A DNA stretch of 64,000 bases, taken from a virus. The stretch spans positions 26,335 to 90,334 of IMG/VR virus record IMGVR_UViG_3300044640_001517; one strand, given 5' to 3'. Of the stretch, positions 19,897 through 29,400 are shown piece by piece. The position numbers and the translations under genes are program-made. Positions within the stretch are counted from its first letter, which is position 1. Each line of letters begins with the position of its first letter. The notes beneath the pieces are model-generated. The model searched no databases, had not been told where the DNA came from, and was given only the letters and a program-made list of their open reading frames with translations.

Positions 19897-20208
19897 GTCA
19901 GAGTACTGCTCCACCAACCAAGCAACAATGCTGCTCAACTGCTCAACGTCGACGATCTTGTCATCACTTTGCACGAGTTCGTCAAAACGAACGTAGCTTT
20001 CTTGGACAAGAACAAGTTCAAAAAACCTGTTAATGATTGCGGCAGCCTCGGCTGGGTTATCTTGACTAGATGACTTTGCTACGAGGTCTAAAAGAACTTT
20101 TCCTTGCATCTTAGGTTTGCACTGAAAATCTTCACCGTGCAGCTTAAATGAAAGTGGCTCTACTGGTTTATCTTGGTCGCCTGAACCAAAATCTTTGAAT
20201 CTTGCCAT
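19867..20208 (-). CDS. Tail assembly chaperone (gpG-like)
   Basis: Position upstream of the tape measure gene; ends ...VEQYSDRPTQPPAAS. Confidence 0.75.
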   Translation of the reverse strand: MARFKDFGSGDQDKPVEPLSFKLHGEDFQCKPKMQGKVLLDLVAKSSSQDNPAEAAAIINRFFELVLVQESYVRFDELVQSDDKIVDVEQLSSIVAWLVEQYSDRPTQPPAAS

Positions 20209-20260
20209 ATGTGTTTTCTCCGTTATTCGTCTGAAACTGCACCGTGCAATTTCTAGTATG

Positions 20261-20653
20261 CTACCGTACCATGTATAAGAAGCGTGACAGGTACCTATTT
20301 GGTCGCGTGCCTGGGTGCATCACCGCCCGTGTGTAGACAATTCTGCCTCGACTTGAGAATCTTAGATGTGTGTTGCCGCCGTCTGGCGTAATGATGTGCG
20401 GCCGCGTACCTTCGTGGTGCATATACGCGTATCTAAGTGGAGATCCAATCGTCATGTCTTGCCCCATGCGAGTTGGCTTTTGCGATATGCTGATTGACGC
20501 GGCGAGTGCTCCCGTGCGTTTACCTACGACGCCTCTGGCCGCCTGTTGAATCCGCAAACCTCGGCTAAACATGTGACGACCTACATCGCCTGTTGGATCT
20601 TGTAGCAGGTGAAATAAAGGTGCCCTGTACCAGTTGATTACAACTAACTGCAT
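20261..20653 (-). CDS. HK97 gp10-like tail completion protein
   Basis: KRTGALAASI...YAYMHHEGTRPH...HPGTRPNRYL; ATG at 20653 is coupled to the upstream stop (TAATG). Confidence 0.75.
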   Translation of the reverse strand: MQLVVINWYRAPLFHLLQDPTGDVGRHMFSRGLRIQQAARGVVGKRTGALAASISISQKPTRMGQDMTIGSPLRYAYMHHEGTRPHIITPDGGNTHLRFSSRGRIVYTRAVMHPGTRPNRYLSRFLYMVR

Positions 20654-21156
20654 TACGGAATCGCCATCGTAAGTTGCATCGTTACAAGTTGAAATCCACC
20701 TTCTGGTGGTGGAATATCTACTGTTGCGATTGTGCCAACGCCAAAAGTTCCAGGCTCCCACTGGTCAAGAGCATTAAGCGACTCCATAAGAACCCACGCA
20801 TCTACCGCTGAGATCTCCGCGCCTTCAGATATCTTTTCTGGAGAGGGCGGACGTCCATTCATTCCTACAACAGGTATCTCACGGGCAAGTGTAATCATCA
20901 TCACAGCGGTGCGCGGCATGTTACATCTCTGCGGCATAGACGCCTGATCGCCTGGAGGACCTAGGTATATCTGAATAAGAGAGACAGAAAGTTGCTCACA
21001 GTCAATTGCAACTTGGCCGACGTTCCAGTACCTTCTATTTGGTAGAGGGACGTTGTACGAGTCAAATATCGTGATGATGGTCTCTAAGACGTTGTCAAGC
21101 AGGTTCTTTGCATTAAGCGCGTCTTCTGACACGTTTGCAATAGATGTAATTGCCAT
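20653..21156 (-). CDS. Putative tail terminator
   Basis: Size and position between the adaptor and the gp10-like gene; PEGG motif near the C-terminus. Confidence 0.55.
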   Translation of the reverse strand: MAITSIANVSEDALNAKNLLDNVLETIITIFDSYNVPLPNRRYWNVGQVAIDCEQLSVSLIQIYLGPPGDQASMPQRCNMPRTAVMMITLAREIPVVGMNGRPPSPEKISEGAEISAVDAWVLMESLNALDQWEPGTFGVGTIATVDIPPPEGGFQLVTMQLTMAIP

Positions 21157-21159
21157 AGG

Positions 21160-22302
21160 TTAATCGCCGATCGTGACTATTGGACTAAGTGACTGCGCGG
21201 CCATCTTAATCTGCAAGTTGCCCGAAGCGATGTACACTGTCTCAGTTTCGCCAGGTGTGACAAGACTAGGACGTGATGCATACAAATCCCAGGTACCAGG
21301 GTCAATCAAACCAACTACGCTAAACGCCTTTCCGTATGGAACTGTCACACGGATAGCCGTATTGCCTGAGATATACTCAACGGCAGACTGATCAAGATCT
21401 AGAGATTTTGCATTTGACCAGTTGTTGAGTACAACCTGCGTAACCCAGCCAGTTCCGTCGAGCAAAAAGTTAGCATTTAGATAGCTAAGCGTGAGATCAA
21501 CCGTACCATCAGCATCTTTATAGATCGTGATGTCTGTTGAAGATGCTGGAAGTTTAAGTTCTTTTGGATTAAGTCGACGAGCACGTGACATGTCAGGACT
21601 GAATACACGTGCACGGTTGCGTGCCTTGTCAGGGTTGACTGACTTCAAGAACATGTCAACCATGTAGATACCTGTTCGACCTTCTTGAACAAAGTCCTGA
21701 GGATCAAGAATCGTGTATGAAACACCTTGTCGTGAGATACTTGTCACGCGCTGTGGAAGTTCGCAGTCTTCTCCGGCCCACATCTTGCAGAACTCAATGG
21801 CGAGTGTTCTGGCGGCCATCTGTCCCATCGCAGGAGGTGGCGCGCCATATGTGTACGTGACCTCAATGTTACAAGGCCACCAAGGTACGCCGATGGTCGG
21901 TTGAATTGTTGAGTGGTCTGAGAGATAGTAATAGTTTGGATTGACGATATTGCCGAGGTGATCTCGAATTGCGTGAATCTTTTGCACAGGCGTACCGCGA
22001 AGTTTTAGTCGCGCGCCTGGAGTTACGCCGTCAGACGCTGTCTCATAGTAGCTATTTGCTGTAAGCGGAATGTTCTCTATGTTTCCGTTTGCGATGATCG
22101 CCGTTGTCGTGCCAGTTGCAAGACCAAAGCTGTGCCAGCGTGTAAAGCAGACATACCGTTCTGTTACGGTGTTTGTGCCGGTGTACTTTCTACCGGTCAA
22201 TGCCCAGAGTAGCTGTGACGCCGATTTTGCCGCGTCGTACGAATACTCTGACTCCGAGTAGCTACCGAGGTCTGCTGTACTTACCCAGAGGTTTGTCATC
22301 AA
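21160..22302 (-). CDS. Head-to-tail adaptor
   Basis: ASQLLWALTGRKY...VTYTYG..PP...CELPQRVTSISRQGVSY...TGIYMVDMFL, an actinophage adaptor pattern. Confidence 0.75.
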   Translation of the reverse strand: MMTNLWVSTADLGSYSESEYSYDAAKSASQLLWALTGRKYTGTNTVTERYVCFTRWHSFGLATGTTTAIIANGNIENIPLTANSYYETASDGVTPGARLKLRGTPVQKIHAIRDHLGNIVNPNYYYLSDHSTIQPTIGVPWWPCNIEVTYTYGAPPPAMGQMAARTLAIEFCKMWAGEDCELPQRVTSISRQGVSYTILDPQDFVQEGRTGIYMVDMFLKSVNPDKARNRARVFSPDMSRARRLNPKELKLPASSTDITIYKDADGTVDLTLSYLNANFLLDGTGWVTQVVLNNWSNAKSLDLDQSAVEYISGNTAIRVTVPYGKAFSVVGLIDPGTWDLYASRPSLVTPGETETVYIASGNLQIKMAAQSLSPIVTIGD

Positions 22303-22330
22303 AGTTCCTATCTATCCGTAGCTTTTCCAA

Positions 22331-22374
22331 TGAGCGTGGCGCTTAAGTATATATTACTACGCGCGCCACGCTCA
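22331..22374 (-). terminator. Stem-loop downstream of the major tail gene
   Basis: TGAGCGTGGCGC ... GCGCCACGCTCA, 12-bp inverted repeat. Confidence 0.65.
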
Positions 22375-22385
22375 GATTATGGAAA

Positions 22386-23438
22386 CTACGATGTTGGGTC
22401 CTCAGTTGACGCGATGATGAAGTCGATCGCGTTATCTGCGTTGAAGTCCGCGTTACCAGGAACGTTGTAAGCAGTTGTTGAACCTTGCGAAGCAAAGTCT
22501 GTAACCGCACGACTATTCGCTGTAACAACCGCCGTACCAACCGCCGCACCAGATGTGATTGAACCTGTTGTTGTGGTTGTGTACGTAAACGTTGTTGTTG
22601 TAGGTGCTGAAACAATTGTGTAAGTTCCGTTTAAAGGAGCGTAGGTGCTTGTCAGACCAGCAACTGTAACTGTGTCTCCAGCAACAAATCCGTGGTCTGT
22701 GCCTGTGGTGATTGTTGCTGTTGAGCTTGTGCGTGCTCCAAGTGTTGTTGCAGCTGTGAGATCTCCGTGCCATGTGTAGAAGCCCTTGCGTCCGGTTGGA
22801 GCCCACGACGAACGTGCGTACGAGTACGGACGTTCTGTTGCAACTGGGAACTCCCAACGGTCATCGAGTCCGTCACCGAAGAGTGAGTTACCGATGCTGT
22901 AGCCTTCAAACGTCGTCGCAAGCATGCCGTTTTCAATAACACGGTCACCGCTTTGACGCATACGGCAGTAAGGGAATACCCAGTGGAAGTAAGGAAGCGT
23001 TGCTGCTCGCTTACCGTTTGCCACTGCAAATGACCAGCACTCAATGGCGACACCGTAGCCGGCTGGGTCGTCACCAATACCAGGCGATGACCAACCAATG
23101 CTCTTGTTATCTGGCGATGCAAATGATCCGAGGTTCTTGCGAAGCAAGAGACCACCGGACATGAGCTCGGTCAGTTCTGGGTCTGGTTCGCAGATAGCGA
23201 GTTCCATCGTCACACGCTTGAGTGTGTCAGGTGCCTTGTATGAAACGCAGATTGTTCCGTTTGCGGACTTTTCTGTGATTTCATCGCCGTCTTCGTACTC
23301 AGGTGTAAATGACAAGCGCATAAAGCCGCTTGTTGTGTAGCTATCGCCTGCGTTGTTAAGCAAGTTACCAGAAGCGTCGAGGCGCGTGATGCGGATCGAT
23401 ACGCCTTGAATACTTGCTGCGTAATCTTGGGTTGCCAT
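22386..23438 (-). CDS. Major tail protein with an inserted accessory domain
   Basis: IRITRLD..G...EYEDGDEITEKSANGTIC...PDTLKR...CEPDP, typical of actinophage major tail proteins. Confidence 0.8.
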   Translation of the reverse strand: MATQDYAASIQGVSIRITRLDASGNLLNNAGDSYTTSGFMRLSFTPEYEDGDEITEKSANGTICVSYKAPDTLKRVTMELAICEPDPELTELMSGGLLLRKNLGSFASPDNKSIGWSSPGIGDDPAGYGVAIECWSFAVANGKRAATLPYFHWVFPYCRMRQSGDRVIENGMLATTFEGYSIGNSLFGDGLDDRWEFPVATERPYSYARSSWAPTGRKGFYTWHGDLTAATTLGARTSSTATITTGTDHGFVAGDTVTVAGLTSTYAPLNGTYTIVSAPTTTTFTYTTTTTGSITSGAAVGTAVVTANSRAVTDFASQGSTTAYNVPGNADFNADNAIDFIIASTEDPTS

Positions 23439-23458
23439 GTTTTCTTTTCTCCTTAGGA

Positions 23459-24334
23459 TTAGACTGTCAGGTCTACTCTGACTGCTAGATGAATTGTTGT
23501 ATCAAAGTAAACCGCCGCTGGGCGAATTGCCTTGAGCTTCATGTCATTTTGGTTTCCGCTGACATCGTATGCTTGACCGTTGTTGTCGTTTACAACATCA
23601 ATTTTTCCGACGTATACATGCACTGAGCCAGTGCCGTACATCCATTTATTTGCATCAGTTGCAGTTGCTCCAGTAGCACCAGTTGGACCTGTGCCAGAGT
23701 AACCAGATCCGATGATAACCGGAGTTCCAGCGACTGTCTCAATGCGCCCGTCTTCCTTATGAAAAAGCATATAGCTTGCGGAAAGAAGTCCTGCGATATC
23801 ACGTGTCATATGAATGACGCCCTGCTCACCACACGGGGACGATGATCCGATCTTAAAATCAAGAAGCGCGAGTGCTCTCGCCGCGCTGATCGCTGTTCCG
23901 CTGTTTAGTACCGTCGCGGTAGAGGCTGACAATGCGATATCGTCGTGTGACTCTCCCTCGCGAATTGCGCCGTCCCAAAGTTCTTGCTCAATTGCCTTTT
24001 GTGTAATGCCCTCAATTTGTCGCGAAATTCTGTCAAAGCGATCAAGTGCAGTATACCCAAATGTTGAAATCTGTTCTTCTACTTCAATAAAAAATGGCTT
24101 GATCTGTGTGTATCGCGTTGGGGTACTGTCTGAAGCAATTGACGCTGACGTTGTGTCAGTGTCGTCCCAATTCTTTGCCGAGTAGATACTCGTATCCCAC
24201 TCTTGCGCAAACGTACGGATCCACCGATCCTCGTCAGGCAAAGTAGTCGGCGCAGGCTTAGCCACCGAAAGCAGACCGTAGTCTGCTGGCTCAATCGCAG
24301 GTGCGACTACAACTCCATCTTTTGGAAATGCCAT
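23459..24334 (-). CDS. Second capsid protein (pentamer/minor capsid-like)
   Basis: Directly after the major capsid gene; PFFIEVEE...AIEQELWDG...GVIHM...GTPVIIGSGY...WMYGTG. Confidence 0.6.
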   Translation of the reverse strand: MAFPKDGVVVAPAIEPADYGLLSVAKPAPTTLPDEDRWIRTFAQEWDTSIYSAKNWDDTDTTSASIASDSTPTRYTQIKPFFIEVEEQISTFGYTALDRFDRISRQIEGITQKAIEQELWDGAIREGESHDDIALSASTATVLNSGTAISAARALALLDFKIGSSSPCGEQGVIHMTRDIAGLLSASYMLFHKEDGRIETVAGTPVIIGSGYSGTGPTGATGATATDANKWMYGTGSVHVYVGKIDVVNDNNGQAYDVSGNQNDMKLKAIRPAAVYFDTTIHLAVRVDLTV

Positions 24335-24371
24335 TTTTTCCTCTAAGTTCCTTGTGTGTTTGTTTTGTCTT

Positions 24372-24397
24372 GGAGAGGCCTGTCTCCAGGCCCCTCC
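24372..24397 (-). terminator. GNRA-loop hairpin between the two capsid genes
   Basis: Minus strand GGAGGGGCCTG-GAGA-CAGGCCTCTCC; no U-tract. Confidence 0.6.
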
Positions 24398-24427
24398 ACT
24401 ACAAATTGCTTACTACTACCGAGTGGT

Positions 24428-26332
24428 TTAGTACTCGATAGCTGCTGCTGTTGCGCCACCTGTGGTGTCACGGAGTGCTGCTGCAACACCGTTAACCGAG
24501 ATGGTCGATGTGACTACGAGTGACTCGACGCCAACCTTTGCGATTCCTTCGAAGGTTTCAACGAACATCTTGTAGTCGTTGGTTCCCACGAGTGTGGAGT
24601 CGCGGATGATGCCTACGTCCAAGGTGCCACCGTCGAGGAACAAGAATGTTCCTTCTGCAAAGATGTACCAGGTGAACGTGTCTAGGAACTCGTTGAGTGC
24701 TGCAGACGATGACTGTGTGCCGTAGACGTTCAAGTCATGCGAGTAGGTGATCTGAACACCGCGAGCTGCGAGGTATCCATCGATTTCACCAGTTGCATTC
24801 ATTGAGTTGTCGCCAGGCATTGCCAACGTAAGGTCTGCCACCATTGCGTCCTTGATCCAAGCTGGTGCGATTACGCGCAACTTGTGATCTGGGGACAAAC
24901 GATGACGGCTACGCATAGCTACTGCTGCACGACCAACCTGAACGAGGAAGTCACGAGCAACGCCGATAAGGCTTGTTGTCGTAACAGCTGTCGAACCAGA
25001 TGTCAACTTGCCAGCGAGGTACTGCTCGGCCTCACGTGCGTGCTGAACCAAAGCAAGCTCGTTGTGACGAGCAATCAACTCTGGGTAGGCACGTGTCATG
25101 AGGTTGCCGAACTGCAGTTGCAAAGTAACAGCGTCAGTTGCGACTGTTGTTTCTGTTGCTGCAGATACGGTCAAGCTTGACTTTGTTGCTGGGTCTGGGG
25201 AACCTGCTGCATCATTTGCTGCTGTCCAGATGCCAACTGCGTCTCCGTATTCGCTCAGCACTGGCGGAACGATGTAACGGATACCACCGCGGTCTGCCGA
25301 GAATCGTGGAAGCGAGTCGCGGATTGGACGGTCAGTTGATCCAAAACCGAAGATGTCATACTTGACTTCAAACGGTGTTGAGTGACCACCGGAAGCAACG
25401 AGTGCTTCTGGCGACATAACTGCCTTCATCTTTGCGATGTTGCTGTCAGTGTCCTGGGTAAGAACACGTGATTCTGGGTACTTGGTTGTGATCGATGCCA
25501 CGATGTGCTGTTCGCCGTCGCCACCCTTTACACGGCGCAAACCGTGCAAGCGTGAAGCCATAGCTTCTGCAATTTCTTGAGCATCTTTCATTGGTGATCC
25601 GGCCGTGTAACCAGGGATGTCTGCGCCAGCAGTGATTGCCACTGGTGCTGTTTCCTTCTGGCTTGGTTGACGGTCGGCTGGGGCTTGGAATTCTACTTCC
25701 AAGCCTGTGTTGTCTGCCGCGGCAGTCATGGTTGCCTCCTGGGCTTCCTGCTCTTGTGGAGCATTGGTAATTTCTGTTGATGTGCTTGCTTCAGCTTCGG
25801 CTGGCACTTCAATCGCTGCCTCTGCAACTGCTTCTTCCGCGACTGCGGCCTCTACGGTTGCTTCTGGAGCTACTGCTGCTTCAGCTGTTGCTGCTTCTTC
25901 TGTGGTTGAAAGTTCAGATGCTTCGATCACTTCTGTTGATGCTTCCGCCATTGGAGCTGCCTTCTTTTCCTCTTCAGGAGTTTCTGGCTTTTCTTCTTCT
26001 GGCTTCTCTTCTTCCATTGGAGCTGCTGGCATTTCTTCTGCTGGCATCTCTTCTGGAGTCTGATCCATGCTCTCAACTGCTTCACCCTTAACACGCATTG
26101 CGGCTTCGGCTGCACGTGCTGCAAGCTCTTGTGCAAGAGCTTCACGACGCTTAGCTTCACCACGTACCGTGTCGAGCATGTCCGCAAGTTGCGTCATAGC
26201 ATCCACTGTCTGTGCTGTTGGCTCCTGACCCTCAACCGTTTCGAACTCGGTAACGATTTCAGCTTGCAACTCGGCGATTTGGTCGTCGGTCAAGCTATCG
26301 ATCGTGTCGAGCTGTTGTTTGATACGGTCCAC
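24428..26332 (-). CDS. Major capsid protein with an N-terminal scaffold-like region
   Basis: Acidic, coiled N-terminal half, then ALVASGG...RGGIRY...EGTFLFLDGGTLDVGIIRDSTL..TNDY..F.ETFEG. GTG at 26332 is preceded by a GGAGG RBS. Confidence 0.85.
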   Translation of the reverse strand: MDRIKQQLDTIDSLTDDQIAELQAEIVTEFETVEGQEPTAQTVDAMTQLADMLDTVRGEAKRREALAQELAARAAEAAMRVKGEAVESMDQTPEEMPAEEMPAAPMEEEKPEEEKPETPEEEKKAAPMAEASTEVIEASELSTTEEAATAEAAVAPEATVEAAVAEEAVAEAAIEVPAEAEASTSTEITNAPQEQEAQEATMTAAADNTGLEVEFQAPADRQPSQKETAPVAITAGADIPGYTAGSPMKDAQEIAEAMASRLHGLRRVKGGDGEQHIVASITTKYPESRVLTQDTDSNIAKMKAVMSPEALVASGGHSTPFEVKYDIFGFGSTDRPIRDSLPRFSADRGGIRYIVPPVLSEYGDAVGIWTAANDAAGSPDPATKSSLTVSAATETTVATDAVTLQLQFGNLMTRAYPELIARHNELALVQHAREAEQYLAGKLTSGSTAVTTTSLIGVARDFLVQVGRAAVAMRSRHRLSPDHKLRVIAPAWIKDAMVADLTLAMPGDNSMNATGEIDGYLAARGVQITYSHDLNVYGTQSSSAALNEFLDTFTWYIFAEGTFLFLDGGTLDVGIIRDSTLVGTNDYKMFVETFEGIAKVGVESLVVTSTISVNGVAAALRDTTGGATAAAIEY

Positions 26333-26465
26333 TGTCCCTCCTCCGGGATCAGTCACGATAGACCCACTTTAGGTCTATCTGGGGCTTCTGTCCATGGAGA
26401 GGGACTCTTGCACCGATGTGCAGAGGCACTCACCTAGGAATAACAATAACACTAACTAAAATGTC

Positions 26466-29400
26466 TTATGTCAATAATCTCAACAGCTTGCTCATCTCTG
26501 ATGAGACCTCACTCTGAGAATACACGTCTCCGCCAGACTTATAGCTGCGGAGTGACTCGGTGGCGATGTCGGCGTCTTCCTTGCCGATCTTCGCCTCAAC
26601 CTTTGCGATCATGTCGTCGATCAGATCCCTAAGAACTGGCGGCAGGTCACTAAATCGAACCTTCTGTGCCTCTTTACCAAAAGGAAGTGGAAGGTTTGAC
26701 AGGACCTGGCCTAACAACCTTGCTGATTCCCTAACGTTTCCAAGGGCTGTGGCGTCTAAAGCCCCAGAATCAAGGCGGTCGATAAGGCTAATAAGTTGCG
26801 CAGAAGACTTCGCCGCGGCGTCGTAGTCGCCAAGACTTTCGTTATTCTGTGCTTCCTCGAGCTTCTCCATCAGCTGCGCGTTTCCACCTGTTCCAAGGTC
26901 TTGCTTGAGACGTGCGAGCACATCCCTAAACTTTCCCTTTACGTCACGGGGTTGGTTGACGCCAGAGATATATTTCCCAGGTGTATTGGAAACTGCTTCT
27001 GGACTATTCGGTTTCACCGCTGGTAGGGCTGCTAAAAGCCCCTCCTTGGCTGAGGCCACGCGGGCACGGAGTTCTTCGATCTTTCGAGTGTTCTCCGCAG
27101 TTGCGCTTTCCGCAGCTGTTTTCGCAGCCGCTACTCGTGCTTGGATATCGGTAACAACTTCTTCGTCAATGAGACCTGCTGTCTTCCACTGTTCTGGAAC
27201 CAGCTCGGACTTACCAAGTCCTCGCGCCTTCTTGATGATGTGACGGCGAACCGCGGCACGCTTACCTGGCTTTGAACGGCCGTACGCTTGGATCGCGTTC
27301 TTGAGGTCTTCCTCGTTGCGGATTGGATATGAACCATCTGGAAGAGCCTTGCCTTCACTTGCTAGACGCTCACGGGCCGCCTTCGAGATGTATCCGAATG
27401 TCTCATACTCAAAGCTACTGCGTACGCGGTTTGAAAGCTCCAAGGCCTGTGCCGCAAGTTCTGCGTTTTCTTTTCCTTCAAGCTTTGCGATGCGACTTGT
27501 GAGTTCAGCCATTGGATCTACCTTCATCTTTGCAAGTACCTGGGCACCTGCGGCGACGAGAGCGTAGACCTGACCTGATGCAACGCGTGCGCGTGCGATC
27601 GGGAAGCCGGGCACGTTTACCTGACACACAGCAACAAGTTCAAGCGCGCCGTTGATCGGACGCCAGTCACCCGACGGAGCTGATGCACGCAATGCACGAA
27701 TCTGCTCAGGCGTTGCGTTTGGACGAAGCGCACCTGCGACCCAGATGCCGTAGGCATCTTCGCCGGCGTGAACGTCTGCGATCGCTGAACCAGTGTCGTC
27801 ATAGTGGCGGGCGGCTTCTAGTGCGCTGGCCTCAAGTGATGCGTGTCCACCTGCGAGCGTCAGTTGACCGACAGGATAGTCCTTGCCGTCATCTGCGCGA
27901 ACAACACCTGTGTGGAAGTACGCGTAACCTGTGCGACTCTTTGGCGCGCGGGTACCGCTACGCATGCCGATGTGGTCTGTCTGCCACGACGCGATGTGGC
28001 CAAACACTCGGCCAAGATCATCAACTGTAAGTGGTGTAGGTCCGCTAAGTTGCGGATTTACAAACCAGTCAGAAGGTGGAACTGTTGGGATCGCCCCAGC
28101 AAGAATTCCGCAGGCCACGATCGCGGCTGCGTCCATCGGATCCATATCTTCTTCTACGTAGACTCCGTCTGGAATCTGTTCCATATTTCCCTCCTGGGAT
28201 TCTCCAGATGTGTCTGCTACATCCTCCAAGTAGATCTTGCATTCTTCGAATGCAGGCTTTGGAACAATTGTGACAGCCATAACCCTGGCCTTTGTGATTG
28301 TTATTTTATCACCGCCAATTTTCTTCTCTTTTGGAGAATCTGCGGCTTCGTCCTTTGCATCTTCATTTGCCTCAAAACGATCGAGGTCTGCTGATACTCC
28401 GCGTAGGAATCCTTGACGGACCATACGCTCGGCCTCTTTGCCGTATGCGTTTGTGTCAAATACTCCATGCGCATTTCCAATACCGTTCTCGGTACGTTCC
28501 ATCTTGTCAATACGACCTACAACGACAGAGCCATTGTGGCCATCTGCGGTCTTGATCTGCCAGAGTAGAGGCAGCGGCAAGGCACGGACACTGATCGCAT
28601 TTTTCTTAAACTTTCGACCGTCACCTGACTCAGTATCTTCAGGTATGACCAGCGGGATCATGAACTTTGAACCCATCATCGTGTCTTCAGCCGACGCCGT
28701 GAGTACACGATCGCGTGCCTCCTGTGCCTCCGCCTGTCGCACGATTGCGTCAATAACTGCTTCTTCATCGACAAGATCAAAACCACTTGCCTTGATTGAC
28801 TTGGCGTTCTTCTTGCCGACGTTGTACTTGCTGCCAGGCCAGACGCCTGTCGCCTCCTTGTGACGAAGTGCACAGTAGCCCTTGGCTCGTGGACCCATGT
28901 ACTTTGCGAGATGGTGGAAGCAACGCGTCCAGTCGCCTGGCGTGTTCCAGCGGATCTTCAACGCGCCGCGACCAAACAACCAGTAGTGACGTAGCTTCTC
29001 GGCTTTTCCGCGATTACGATCAACTCCACCTGCGGCTGTCAACGAATCAATGTCATCAAGCTCGGCCATGAGCGCCACAACGCCTGCTTCAGGCGCCCAG
29101 TCAGCTTCATAGTTGTCATCTTCGATCGCGTAGATCTCTTCAAGACTTAGGCGCATGTCGTCTTCGGTGACATCTGTTCCAGAGCCGTAACCGACGACAC
29201 CGTCGTGATCTACAAGCTCTGCGTACTCGGCCTTAAAGCCATCTGACGCCTCGGCAGCTGTTAGATACTTCTTGGTCTTTTTCTTCTTGTTTGAACCAAA
29301 GATGTCGTACACAGGCTGCTCAATGATGAACTCATTAACGGATTGATTCTTGCTCTTACCGCCGTGGAGCATCTTCGCGTGTGTTGATGTGTAGATATGA

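Noticed and set aside
20654-20761. Extended N-termini from the ORF track (20761, 5284, 61795, 61986, 60331)
   Set aside because: They overlap upstream genes or promoters; downstream starts have an RBS or translational coupling.
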